DNA from: a virus
Lineage: Duplodnaviria; Caudoviricetes
Reading direction: 5' to 3' (one strand)
DNA length: 64,000 nt
IMG/VR virus record: IMGVR_UViG_3300024272_002379
Shown here: in pieces, positions 1 through 9,740 of the stretch
Layout of the letters: every line of letters begins with the position of its first letter
How positions within the stretch are numbered: position 1 is the first letter of the stretch
Position numbers and translations under genes: made by a program
Notes under the pieces: generated by a model
Told to the model about the DNA's origin: nothing
Databases searched by the model: none
What the model saw: only the letters and a program-made list of their open reading frames with translations

Positions 1-169
1 CAGGATTATCAGTTACAATGTATTCAAGAGCTTCATTTTTAGTCATGTTAAAGTTTTTCATGACATAGTTAACTCTTTTATCTAATTGATTATCGAGAGG
101 GGTGAGTAATTTAATGACCTCATCTAATTGAGCATCATTTAACCCCATTATAGTTTGACTAGCTGCCAT
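1..169 (-). CDS. hypothetical protein, N-terminal part (runs off window start)
   Basis: ATG at 169 with AGGAG SD; open frame MAASQTIMGLNDAQLDEVIK... to position 1. Confidence 0.7.
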   Translation of the reverse strand, partial: MAASQTIMGLNDAQLDEVIKLLTPLDNQLDKRVNYVMKNFNMTKNEALEYIVTDNP

Positions 170-181
170 ATAGTCTCTCCT

Positions 182-700
182 TTATATAGCACCTCTGTAA
201 TAAGTACGAGCTTCGTTTCCTAGTACAGATTGTGTATTTAAACCATTACTTCGAATAGCATTCAAGCTACGTTGCCTCATAGTATATCCTGCTTGTGTCA
301 TTTCAAAATAACCAGAGCCAAGTTTTCCTTTGTTCCTATATGCTTGATTCATTGTTTTGGCTGTATGCTGTGCTGAAGCAGAAATTAATTTAGTACCTGC
401 CGTTACTCCAATATATGCTGCCATCATGCCAACATTACCAGCAACACCCATCGCTGTACCTAATTTACCAGCACCAAATACTTTTGTTGCAGTATTGGTT
501 ATTGCAGAACTTGCTCCGCCAAATACAGCTTCACCAAACACAAAAGAACCTGCTGCTTTAGCAACTGAAACAGCTTTGCTATTACCTTGTTCTCTAGCAT
601 AATTATAATCACCCACAGCTCCAATGACGTTAACTGCGTCGCCAACAAAACTGCCAACATCTAACCCTTGTAACGCTGTTTTAATCATTGCTCCTGCCAT
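182..700 (-). CDS. Gly/Ala-rich hypothetical protein, possibly virion-associated
   Basis: ORF track; GGAGG SD; tightly packed leftward operon. Confidence 0.8.
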   Translation of the reverse strand: MAGAMIKTALQGLDVGSFVGDAVNVIGAVGDYNYAREQGNSKAVSVAKAAGSFVFGEAVFGGASSAITNTATKVFGAGKLGTAMGVAGNVGMMAAYIGVTAGTKLISASAQHTAKTMNQAYRNKGKLGSGYFEMTQAGYTMRQRSLNAIRSNGLNTQSVLGNEARTYYRGAI

Positions 701-702
701 AA

Positions 703-1125
703 TTATCTACCTCCCATATTATACAAAGCAGATATGAGTGCTGAATTGGCTCCGTAATCGTCTATTTTTCCCATAATTCCTGGGGATGCTACTACATCAT
801 CAGCAAGTTCAGAAAATGCGACTGGATTACCTCCAGAAATGCGGCGGATTGCTTGACCAGCACCCGTCCCATGTGGAGCTATTGTACTATGCATATAACT
901 GGCTGAAACTTTACCTAATGATGCCCTATTGTGTCCTTTAAGTCCCTCATTTGCCAAATTAAAGGCACCCATACCTCCAAAAACAAGGGCGGCTCCTGTG
1001 CCTGTCATTTTTCTTCTCACAAGAAGAGCTGATAGACCACCGCCTCCAGCAACAGTATTTTCTACTGTTAATGCTTTACCTACTCCAATAACTCCATCAG
1101 CAACTTGTTTCATTGTCATTGCCAT
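703..1125 (-). CDS. Gly/Ala-rich hypothetical protein
   Basis: Start refined to ATG 1125 (MAMTMKQV) behind GGAGGTG SD. Confidence 0.75.
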   Translation of the reverse strand: MAMTMKQVADGVIGVGKALTVENTVAGGGGLSALLVRRKMTGTGAALVFGGMGAFNLANEGLKGHNRASLGKVSASYMHSTIAPHGTGAGQAIRRISGGNPVAFSELADDVVASPGIMGKIDDYGANSALISALYNMGGR

Positions 1126-1939
1126 TATTTTCACCTCCAGAATCCATAACTGTATGGATTTCAGACTTACCTTCTTCATTAATAACTGCTTCTTCTATTA
1201 TAATTTCACCGTTATCATCAAATTCTACATCACTAATGTTGATAATTTTCTGAGTCTTTTCCAGTTCTTTTACTTGCTGGAATATCTTAATTGCAGTATC
1301 AGATGCTGATTCTTTACGCTTATCAGCAGCTTTATCTTTACGTGTAGCGTTAAGCTGATTAAGAATTTTAATCTTTCTATCTTGTAAAGTCATTAAGAAT
1401 TCTGTTTCAGGAGCTACTATTTTACCAAAATAAGGCTGACATTTCTTATCTATATCAAGTAATGTATCAGCCATGAAATCTCCATTTAACGCTATTTTAT
1501 TTTCCGCTCTCAGTATCTGTACCTCAATATTTACCAAATCTTTAATTAAAGTAGCATCAACGAGGTCTTTTGAGTCAATCATATCATTGGATGTATCTAT
1601 TTCAAAATGCATACACCACTGCTCATATCTTGATAAAATAGCAGCGATTTCCATTGGGCATCTTTGACCTAATTTACGCTGAGCAGGACTAACCATACAT
1701 ACATCTTTATATGCACAGTCAACATCTCTACATATAATAGGAACAGATGCAAACATTCCATGTTTAGAGGAATAAACCCTGTTCATGTTTCCAATTTCTC
1801 TAATAACAGCAGGGTCTATTCCCCACATGGCTGTGGTTATTTCAGTACCAGATTTATTGGCAAGGTCTGGTAATGTATTATTATTGTTATATTCTACAGG
1901 CTGATTTACATTCATGCCTTGCGTTAAAGTATCACTCAT
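1097..1939 (-). CDS. hypothetical protein with Cys cluster (C-x4-C-x4-C...CPxE) and coiled/acidic C-terminus
   Basis: 280-aa ORF, AGGAG SD. Confidence 0.8.
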   Translation of the reverse strand: MSDTLTQGMNVNQPVEYNNNNTLPDLANKSGTEITTAMWGIDPAVIREIGNMNRVYSSKHGMFASVPIICRDVDCAYKDVCMVSPAQRKLGQRCPMEIAAILSRYEQWCMHFEIDTSNDMIDSKDLVDATLIKDLVNIEVQILRAENKIALNGDFMADTLLDIDKKCQPYFGKIVAPETEFLMTLQDRKIKILNQLNATRKDKAADKRKESASDTAIKIFQQVKELEKTQKIINISDVEFDDNGEIIIEEAVINEEGKSEIHTVMDSGGENNGNDNETSC

Positions 1940-1949
1940 AAATATTCTC

Positions 1950-2519
1950 CTATAAAAATGGCACTCCTGCTATATCTTTTCTACCATAACTATCAGCAGT
2001 TAAAGTTCCTCCAGTTAAATATCTTCCACCAATTGTTGCTCCAGCATACGCTCCTACTGCTGTTGCAATACGGGTATTTCTAATGTGTTTATCTGGATTC
2101 ATAAAGTAAGCCGCTGGATACTTCAAGGCTTTGTCTGGTATAGACATAGAACTAGCGTCTACTCCTTTAGATATTTCTTTCTGAGTAACAGTTTTAGCTC
2201 TTTCGATAACTTTGTCTACTGGTTTGTCTGTGTATTTGGCAATGTCTTCACTTAATGAATTTATTGCCGTATCATAATTTTTAGCAGTAACAGTTTTAGC
2301 CATTCTAACAGCTTCTGCTTCTGGTATGTTTATACCCTGAAACATAGAAGCTAAGCTTTTTTGTATGTTTTCATTATGTAAAGACCCAGCAAGTTTTGCA
2401 TTACTGGATATAGTCTGGTTTAATTCATTAGCAGTAGGAACAACAGCTTTACCCCATTTGCTATTTGCAACAGATGAAGCTATATCTTGAATGGTGTCAC
2501 CTATAGCTTTTTTATTCAT
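1950..2519 (-). CDS. hypothetical protein
   Basis: ORF in packed operon. Confidence 0.8.
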   Translation of the reverse strand: MNKKAIGDTIQDIASSVANSKWGKAVVPTANELNQTISSNAKLAGSLHNENIQKSLASMFQGINIPEAEAVRMAKTVTAKNYDTAINSLSEDIAKYTDKPVDKVIERAKTVTQKEISKGVDASSMSIPDKALKYPAAYFMNPDKHIRNTRIATAVGAYAGATIGGRYLTGGTLTADSYGRKDIAGVPFL

Positions 2520-2531
2520 AACATCACGTCC

Positions 2532-2834
2532 TTATCTTAAACCTTTAGCTATTGCTAACGCTACACCAGCAGCACTTCCGCCTACCGCACCAAGACCAGC
2601 TCCATTAAGACTTCCACTAGCCCCGCTTCCGATTCCTTCATCTATATTCATTGCTAATCCAGCGGCTGCTCCTACTGTAGCTCCACCGATTATACCTGTT
2701 CCAACTTTTTGAGCAGTATCTAATGTAATATTTCCACCTAATTTTCCTACTCCCTTATAAACGCCATAACTTGCTGCTCCTGATGCATCAGTTAAAAAAT
2801 TTCCAACTACTCCAGGTAATTTACCGATTTTCAT
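2532..2834 (-). CDS. glycine-zipper-like small protein
   Basis: GxxxG repeats; AAGGAG SD. Confidence 0.75.
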   Translation of the reverse strand: MKIGKLPGVVGNFLTDASGAASYGVYKGVGKLGGNITLDTAQKVGTGIIGGATVGAAAGLAMNIDEGIGSGASGSLNGAGLGAVGGSAAGVALAIAKGLR

Positions 2835-2854
2835 AGTACTACTCCTTTCTTATA

Positions 2855-3205
2855 CTATATTATATTGAAACCACCACGATTTTCGTATCCTTGCTCTGGT
2901 GATTTTCCATACTTAATTTTATTCTTCATTCTTTTATATACATTATTATTAGAAGCACGTTTATTGCCCCCAATAATAGTATTACCGTACACATCATATC
3001 CTGATGCAGCCATTTTTGCTTGCATATTAACATTACCCGAAGTAAGTGACGAATACGACTGTACGGTTCCATTATATTTAGTACGTTGATTATCTAATTC
3101 AACTCTTATTTGTCTTGAAAGCTCAGCTTTGATTTCGTTGTTATTCAAAGCAGCTAATATAAGTCTTACAACTTCTTGGCTGACTCCTTGATATGGATAC
3201 CACAT
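2855..3205 (-). CDS. hypothetical protein
   Basis: Start refined to ATG 3205 behind GAGGTG SD. Confidence 0.7.
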   Translation of the reverse strand: MWYPYQGVSQEVVRLILAALNNNEIKAELSRQIRVELDNQRTKYNGTVQSYSSLTSGNVNMQAKMAASGYDVYGNTIIGGNKRASNNNVYKRMKNKIKYGKSPEQGYENRGGFNII

Positions 3206-3216
3206 AATAGTCACCT

Positions 3217-3765
3217 CTAATCATCATCACCAAATAGGAGAGCTCCACCAGCTATACCGACTCCGCCAGCAATACCTGCCGCTAGTAATGTATTGTCATC
3301 TGCCCATTCTTTTACGCCAGACCAAAATCCTGCTCCAGATTCAGCGGCCTCTTCAGCCACTTCCATAGGTGCTGGTAATAATCTATCGCTAAATTCGGCT
3401 GCACTAGTTCCGTTACGTCTTCTAGCTTCAGCATATTCTTTATTGCTGATACTTTCCCATTTTTGTTTTCGTTTTGAAACTCCTAATGGTTGTCTTTCGA
3501 AAATTTCAGTACCGTCTTGCACTCTTGAACGGTAAGCATAATTCGGAGGACCAGCTTTACTTACACTCTTAGTTGCGGCTTCTGCTGTCTCTCCAAGTAT
3601 CTTTTTCTGCATTGCATTAGCAGCTTTTGCTCCAGAAACAAGTCCCTTACCTGTACCTTTCACAACTCCACCTACTGCCCCAACAGCGGTAGCACCTGCA
3701 AAACCAACTACAGCACCAGGAGCTTGAACAATACCGCCAAGTACTTTTCCTACAAGATTAGCCAT
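3217..3765 (-). CDS. Gly/Ala-rich hypothetical protein with C-terminal hydrophobic segment
   Basis: Start refined to ATG 3765 behind GAGGTG SD. Confidence 0.75.
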   Translation of the reverse strand: MANLVGKVLGGIVQAPGAVVGFAGATAVGAVGGVVKGTGKGLVSGAKAANAMQKKILGETAEAATKSVSKAGPPNYAYRSRVQDGTEIFERQPLGVSKRKQKWESISNKEYAEARRRNGTSAAEFSDRLLPAPMEVAEEAAESGAGFWSGVKEWADDNTLLAAGIAGGVGIAGGALLFGDDD

Positions 3766-3776
3766 TTTATTCACCT

Positions 3777-4073
3777 CTATTCGTTACAATATTGTTCTTG
3801 AATCTTTTGATTCATAATTGATTCACATTTTGGGCAACAAATTCCAGGTTTTTCTTTTCTACGGATAAAATATTCGCCACAACATTGAGGGCAAATTACT
3901 TTTTTATCCTTTCTCATGTCTTTATTATAAGTAGGAATATCATTTTCGTTACGAATTCTCTGTATACTTACTCTGTTATATTTAATTATATCAGCAATTT
4001 CAGAATCCTTCAATCCTTCTTCTTGTGATAATCTTCTAATTTCGTTTACTATAATAGGACTTGTTACGCTCAT
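3777..4073 (-). CDS. HTH plus zinc-ribbon putative transcription regulator
   Basis: GLKDSEIADIIKYNRVSIQRIR (HTH-like) followed by CPQC...CPKC. Confidence 0.65.
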   Translation of the reverse strand: MSVTSPIIVNEIRRLSQEEGLKDSEIADIIKYNRVSIQRIRNENDIPTYNKDMRKDKKVICPQCCGEYFIRRKEKPGICCPKCESIMNQKIQEQYCNE

Positions 4074-4075
4074 AT

Positions 4076-4234
4076 TTACCACCTTTCTTTGAATCTATAT
4101 CCAACTGCACCAATTATATTACCAATGTGGATACAAATCTGAAATTCATCTATATCTGTAAGATATGCTATTGAACATGTAATCCCAATCATGTCGGTCT
4201 TTTCAAACACCAAATAAAATCCTTTTTTCTTCAT
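4076..4234 (-). CDS. small hypothetical protein (52 aa)
   Basis: Read manually: MKKKGFYLVFEK...ERW*; GGAGG SD. Confidence 0.6.
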   Translation of the reverse strand: MKKKGFYLVFEKTDMIGITCSIAYLTDIDEFQICIHIGNIIGAVGYRFKERW

Positions 4235-4351
4235 TTTAATTACCTCCATATCTTATAATATACCTGATTTTTACTATAAAATGCAACATTATCTTGCTAT
4301 TTTAGGGCGAAGCCCTCCGCTATATAACTCTTTTTTTGTAATATATGACAA

Positions 4352-4385
4352 CAAAAAAGCCCTAGATTTCTCTAGGGCTAGTTTC
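4352..4385 (-). terminator. intrinsic terminator
   Basis: AGCCCTAGA/TCTAGGGCT hairpin with T-tract on minus strand. Confidence 0.55.
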
Positions 4386-4634
4386 TTGGGAAAATAACTA
4401 TATAATGTTTGGAATATAGGGTTATATGTCCTTGTTCGGACATATTTATAATAACATTAAAATTGCACTTGTACAAGAAAAAATTTTATATATATATTTT
4501 TCAAGTCAAAGGTTAAAAATTAAAGACCAGTTTGGATATCTAACCCCACTGGTCTTTTTTGAAAAAGGAATTGTGTAGTTAGATTAACACCTCTTGTAGT
4601 ATACCCTGCCTTGCGAAGCAAGGCAACTGGTAAA

Positions 4635-4799
4635 TTATGTATGGTTAAATAAGTACTGTTTTATATCTTCAAATTCAAATCTGTTCACATCTTTTAAAAC
4701 ATCGTTTACTTGAGTATAAGCTGTAAGTAAATCAATCTGATTATCTTTCATGTATCGAAATATCATTTCTGATACCTCTTTAATACTGAGTTTTCTCAT
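4635..4799 (-). CDS. small hypothetical protein (54 aa)
   Basis: Read manually: MRKLSIKEVSEM...NHT*; AGGAGG SD. Confidence 0.6.
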   Translation of the reverse strand: MRKLSIKEVSEMIFRYMKDNQIDLLTAYTQVNDVLKDVNRFEFEDIKQYLFNHT

Positions 4800-4986
4800 A
4801 TTAAATTACCTCCTGTTCTATGATATACCACTTTTTGTTTCAAATTGCAAATTTGATACTGTTTTTGACAGGGGGTGTAGCTCCCGCAGGGAGCTAGAAA
4901 CCTAGTAAAATCAAGGGTTTTCAGGCTTTTATTAACAATTTTTGAAACCTAATGTAACGCACTTATAGTCTGTACTGTGCTATGTT

Positions 4987-5000
4987 CGAACGTGTGTTCG
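4987..5000. promoter_or_regulatory. LexA/DinR SOS (Cheo) box
   Basis: CGAACGTGTGTTCG, exact match to the Firmicutes consensus CGAACRNRYGTTCG, in the divergent intergenic region. Confidence 0.65.
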
Positions 5001-5145
5001 AGCAGTATAGGGTATTTTTATATATATATTTTTGGGGGTGACCTGCTTTTAAATCTTTGTGATGTTCTTTAGTTCGATACCACACCCCTATGTGAGAAGA
5101 TTGAACAACAAGGAACAAATAAAATTATATTAGGAGGTCATCATT

Positions 5146-5355
5146 ATGACAAAATTAGTAAAAACAGTAGTAAAGGCAGTAGTAGCAACAGGAGCATTTG
5201 TATTATCTTACAAAACAGGTGAATGCATTGGACGTGCAGTACAAGAAAGTGACAGTATTGATGTAGCAGACAAAGAGATAGTAACAACTGTAAGCTGTTT
5301 CGCATCAGGATATGCTATAGGTGCTATTGCTAAACGTATCATTAAACACATATAA
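5146..5355 (+). CDS. small hypothetical (membrane?) protein
   Basis: AGGAGG SD; first rightward gene. Confidence 0.75.
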   Translation: MTKLVKTVVKAVVATGAFVLSYKTGECIGRAVQESDSIDVADKEIVTTVSCFASGYAIGAIAKRIIKHI

Positions 5356-5372
5356 GAAAGGAGGAAGATAAT

Positions 5373-5465
5373 ATGAGTAAGTATAGTCTATATGTGGCAG
5401 ACACATATGTAGTAATCACATGGTTTATGAATGGTAAACTGTGCCAGTACAGAATAAACGCATAA
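5373..5465 (+). CDS. small hypothetical peptide (30 aa)
   Basis: AAGGAGG SD; MSKYSLYVAD... Confidence 0.5.
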   Translation: MSKYSLYVADTYVVITWFMNGKLCQYRINA

Positions 5466-5483
5466 AAAGAAAGGTTAAATAAG

Positions 5484-5753
5484 GTGAATATTATGACAAG
5501 ATTATTAGCAAAGGTAGTATTAGGTAAAAGAAAAGCAGGAGAAATTGGATATTACAAGAGATTAGCCATGGTAGAACGCAATATTAAGAGTGCTATATAC
5601 ACAGTAGTTGCATCTATACTCATGCTCGCACTCATGTTAGGTACATTACTAGCATGGGCTGCTGGTCCAGTAGATGGTTATGTATACAAAGATGGACATG
5701 CAGATGGCACAGGTATTTACTACTATATGAAAGAAGGTGATATTAATGAATAA
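5484..5753 (+). CDS. hypothetical membrane protein
   Basis: One hydrophobic helix. Confidence 0.7.
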   Translation: MNIMTRLLAKVVLGKRKAGEIGYYKRLAMVERNIKSAIYTVVASILMLALMLGTLLAWAAGPVDGYVYKDGHADGTGIYYYMKEGDINE

Positions 5754-6165
5754 TAGTACTTACATTAATGGTTATAGGGTATCCCTTACTACACATGCAA
5801 AAGAACGTATTATAGAAAGATTTAAAGCTTTATCTATTGCATTCCCTACAGATGAGGAATACATAGACCTTGCTATAAGTGGTATAGAGCAGATAATAAA
5901 TAACCCATTCATGGATAAGTACCTCTATAACCTTATTAGTAATAGTAAGCATAATGATGAGAATGTTCTCGTATATGACGAGGTTAATAAAGTGGTATAT
6001 GCACTAGTAGTAAAACCATATCAGAATGGTCGTATTGTAGTAAAGACTATGGGTACAGAACACGATATTGAATGGTTATACGCTGACAGATTTCAAAGAT
6101 TATGCTGGATATACAAAGATGTATTCAAATTCAGCACTTTAAATGGAAATGTTACATGGTTTTAA
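5746..6165 (+). CDS. hypothetical protein with BECR/RelE-like HAKERxxER motif
   Basis: LTTHAKERIIERF...VVKTM pattern. Confidence 0.6.
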   Translation: MNNSTYINGYRVSLTTHAKERIIERFKALSIAFPTDEEYIDLAISGIEQIINNPFMDKYLYNLISNSKHNDENVLVYDEVNKVVYALVVKPYQNGRIVVKTMGTEHDIEWLYADRFQRLCWIYKDVFKFSTLNGNVTWF

Positions 6166-6184
6166 GAAACAGGAGGAAAATACA

Positions 6185-6463
6185 ATGGTAAAAGAATTAG
6201 ATGGAAAATATATTGAAGTAATCGGTTGGGTAGAAGACGTATATGATATAGTAAAAATGTTTGAACAACGTGGAGCTATATTGGTTTACTTTGGAAAAAG
6301 AACTTGGTTAGGAACCATAAATCATGAAGGTATCGCTATAGGACGTGCAGGGTCACCATACAAACAATGTATGATTGCAATCCAGATAACAAAGGAACTT
6401 TATAAGGAAGTAGAAATGGATTTGGTAGACTTTGAATTTCCTGACCCATATTTTTTGGAATAA
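6185..6463 (+). CDS. hypothetical protein
   Basis: AGGAGG SD before ATG 6185. Confidence 0.7.
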   Translation: MVKELDGKYIEVIGWVEDVYDIVKMFEQRGAILVYFGKRTWLGTINHEGIAIGRAGSPYKQCMIAIQITKELYKEVEMDLVDFEFPDPYFLE

Positions 6464-6541
6464 CAATATTGCTATAGTTAGAAGGCATCTCTACGGAGGT
6501 GTCTTTTATAGTGTAGCAATACACTAATAAATAACAAGGAG

Positions 6542-6736
6542 GTGATTCCTATGGATGAGGAACGCACGCTACTAAGTATAGCTAACACATATGCTAGTAG
6601 TATGACACAAAAAGAATTGGATTTGTGGAAACAACTTCTAAAAGATAGCACTGATAGAAGAGCATACCGCATATTCAATAACGGTCACTGGTACGATACC
6701 AGGAAAGAATACTTTATCAATTACAAAGAAAGGTAA
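6542..6736 (+). CDS. hypothetical protein
   Basis: AAGGAGG SD. Confidence 0.65.
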   Translation: MIPMDEERTLLSIANTYASSMTQKELDLWKQLLKDSTDRRAYRIFNNGHWYDTRKEYFINYKER

Positions 6737-6748
6737 AAAGGTGATTTT

Positions 6749-7822
6749 ATGAAGATTCAGTTTGGCAGAGGATTAAGAACAGTAAATGAAAAGGATTTAT
6801 TCGCTATTGATGTAATACCCACATGGGTAGATATTCCTTACGACATCGTTAAGAAATATGAGGATTTTATCACAGAACTTTGTGAACAAAGTGGGACTAT
6901 AGGCAGATTCAATGAAGCTGTTTATAAAGATATAGTGGCATATGCTACAGAACTTATTAACCCAGTAAAAGAAGAAATGGAGGACACAGATATGGGTACA
7001 ACAACAATTAATGAAACAACTAACAACACAAATGAAATGGAGGAAACAACAATGACAGGAACAGTAAAAGGAAACGTAGAATTAGCAGTGGAAGAAATGA
7101 TGAGTAAGTTTGTAGAAGCTAAAGAAAACATTAAGGTTAATGTTGGTGAAACAGCAGAGGAATACATTGAAAGAGTAGATGACTCAGTTGATGTAATGAA
7201 AGGTGCTCTTGGTAATGTACTTGATGTTCTTGACAAAACATTAGGCTATACAATCTTAAAAGACAGTATCCTTGAAATTATGGAAGCTGGCACTACAGGT
7301 AAATCTTCTAAGAAAGACTTATTTAAAATGGCTAAGAGATGTCGTGAGTTATTAGAAGAAGAAATTGATAACCTTGAATTCTGGGGAGACCAGGAATCAT
7401 TAGCAAAGGCTGTTCAATTAAAAGCTCTTACTGAAGCTGACAGAGATAAATCTGTATTTGAAGCATTCGTATCAGGATGTATTCATATTGCAAAGAGAGT
7501 AGCACGTAAGTTACGTAAATGGTTCCAGGTAGATAACGAGAAATCTGTTGTTGGTGCTATTTGCAGAAGTATTTCTGGATTTACAAAAGCCATTCGTGCT
7601 GGTGTTAAAATCGTATGGAATACAGCTAAGTTTGCAGTATCATTCATCATTGCTGGTGCTGTAAAGGTTGGTGACTTTATCGTAAGAACATTTAAATCTT
7701 TATTCATTAAGATGAAAGAATGGGCTACTGTTCAGTATCAGAAACTTTCTAAAGAAGATGCTGAAGATGATTTTGCAGAAGAAGACTTCATTATTGATGA
7801 AGAAGTTGTCATTGCAGATTAA
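6749..7822 (+). CDS. hypothetical protein with amphipathic C-terminal helices and acidic tail
   Basis: 357-aa ORF; internal in-frame SD+ATG at 6992 and 7052. Confidence 0.8.
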   Translation: MKIQFGRGLRTVNEKDLFAIDVIPTWVDIPYDIVKKYEDFITELCEQSGTIGRFNEAVYKDIVAYATELINPVKEEMEDTDMGTTTINETTNNTNEMEETTMTGTVKGNVELAVEEMMSKFVEAKENIKVNVGETAEEYIERVDDSVDVMKGALGNVLDVLDKTLGYTILKDSILEIMEAGTTGKSSKKDLFKMAKRCRELLEEEIDNLEFWGDQESLAKAVQLKALTEADRDKSVFEAFVSGCIHIAKRVARKLRKWFQVDNEKSVVGAICRSISGFTKAIRAGVKIVWNTAKFAVSFIIAGAVKVGDFIVRTFKSLFIKMKEWATVQYQKLSKEDAEDDFAEEDFIIDEEVVIAD

Positions 7823-8024
7823 TCATTAATATTACTGGTCCAATGAGTATATATGACCTTAAACTATTTTACTCACTGACATACATATACTAAAAATTAC
7901 CCCTAGTTGAACTTGAAATTACTCGCTGTGTATTTCTTGAAGAGCTAGGGGTAAGTATTTTACCCTTAACTACAATGAGAACTCAGTTTTACGTGCATGA
8001 TGAGCACAGAAAGGATGGTCTATT

Positions 8025-9257
8025 ATGACAACAAATGAAAGAATTCAGGAACTTATCAACTTAGTAAATCGTTATGACTGCTACATTGAGTATATTGATG
8101 ATTATCGTCAATACAAACAGGCAGAACGTGCTAATGGAAATATTGAGGCACGTTTTATCGAAGTATGTTCAGAACTTGGCATGGAAGTAACTTCATCTGA
8201 TTTTCACAATGTTTTATGGAAATCACGCTATGACACCATAGAAGAGGCTGTTAATAAACTTTTACAAGACAAAGGCTTTAATAAGGAGGAAACCAATATG
8301 ACAACAAACACAACACCAGCAAACAACACAAATAAGGAGGAAACAAAGATGATTACTAATACTGCAAGCAAGGCATTGGATATGGTTGAGCACATGAAGA
8401 AAGGTGAAACTACTTACAAGAAATCAAACTTAGCATTAGTGTTACTCAATATCAATACTGTTACAGAAAGATTAATGTATGTATGGGATAATGTCCAGCA
8501 CGTAACTCGCACATCAGATGAACTTTATATTAGCAAGGAGGACTTAGCTCAGTTCTTATTTGATGCAGACATTATTCAGCGTCACTTATCCAAAACAGAA
8601 CTCAAGAAGATTAAAAGACAGAAATTAGTAGATACTCTGTCTACTGCTGTTAATAATCTTATCAAGGCTGGTGTTATTACCCCTATGAAAACTGTAACCT
8701 TTGAAGAAGCTGAAAAGATAGTAGCCGCAATGCCTCCTGTAAAAGAACACACCCATGTTGCATACGGAAAGACTACTTCTATGGATATACTCGAACAGGT
8801 TATTCGCAATGCTAATAAGAACAATGACCGCAACTTCATTAGTGATTGGATGCTCACAAGTATTATCTCTAAGATAGTTACTGGTAACCCATTAAAAGGA
8901 TATGAGGATGGTGAACTTGTAGAATACTACAAAGCATTTACCGAAGCTCAGAAAGATAACATCAATGAGATAAAAGCAGAGTTCTTAAGAAAGAGTAATT
9001 TTATTCCTGTTAAAGATAAACATGATGAGAATAAAAACTCAGGATATATTATTCCAGCAGCATCATTAGTATATGGTAGACATATTTGGTTGGGATATGC
9101 ATGTGTATATCGCTTGAAAAAGGATATGAATGCTAGATACGAAGTATCCCTTAACGGCATCAAGAATACACAGACTGGTGAAACAACATTATTTACACTT
9201 GAAAACAAAGCAACATTATTCGCTAAATTAGACAGCGAGTATGTATTTATTGGGTAA
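8025..9257 (+). CDS. hypothetical protein (410 aa)
   Basis: AGAAAGGATGGT SD; internal in-frame SD+ATG at 8298 and 8349. Confidence 0.8.
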   Translation: MTTNERIQELINLVNRYDCYIEYIDDYRQYKQAERANGNIEARFIEVCSELGMEVTSSDFHNVLWKSRYDTIEEAVNKLLQDKGFNKEETNMTTNTTPANNTNKEETKMITNTASKALDMVEHMKKGETTYKKSNLALVLLNINTVTERLMYVWDNVQHVTRTSDELYISKEDLAQFLFDADIIQRHLSKTELKKIKRQKLVDTLSTAVNNLIKAGVITPMKTVTFEEAEKIVAAMPPVKEHTHVAYGKTTSMDILEQVIRNANKNNDRNFISDWMLTSIISKIVTGNPLKGYEDGELVEYYKAFTEAQKDNINEIKAEFLRKSNFIPVKDKHDENKNSGYIIPAASLVYGRHIWLGYACVYRLKKDMNARYEVSLNGIKNTQTGETTLFTLENKATLFAKLDSEYVFIG

Positions 9258-9311
9258 TAACTAAAAGCGGCCCGTTAGGGCCGCAACTCTACAAGAAAGG
9301 ATGGTACTATT

Positions 9312-9740
9312 ATGAATACAATATTTGACAAGTTTCTTACAATCCAGCACTGTGATTACTATGCTAATCAGGTAGCTAAAAAGCTTAATCTAAAGACTTA
9401 CTCATATTACTGGGATAATTCTTCTCAAATGCAGTTTCCTGGTAATTCTAATATCTTAAACTGGGGTGTTCTTAAATCATATGAGCCGTGGCGTATTAAG
9501 TTTAACTTAACTAAACCAGCTACTATTATGAAGATGGGATTAGAAGAATATGTATCTAAGAACCATGAGTTAAGATTTAATTTAACTATAAAGGGACTAA
9601 GTATTATCTATGTTATACAGTTTTATAATCCTAGTGATGATGGTTCTATGAATGCTGTAATAGATGAGAATACTAAATGTCTCTATGTAGAAGATAAGAC
9701 CACAGGGCAGTATTCTTTTGCCTTCGGCCCTGAGGTATAG
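9312..9740 (+). CDS. hypothetical protein
   Basis: AGAAAGGATGGT SD. Confidence 0.75.
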   Translation: MNTIFDKFLTIQHCDYYANQVAKKLNLKTYSYYWDNSSQMQFPGNSNILNWGVLKSYEPWRIKFNLTKPATIMKMGLEEYVSKNHELRFNLTIKGLSIIYVIQFYNPSDDGSMNAVIDENTKCLYVEDKTTGQYSFAFGPEV

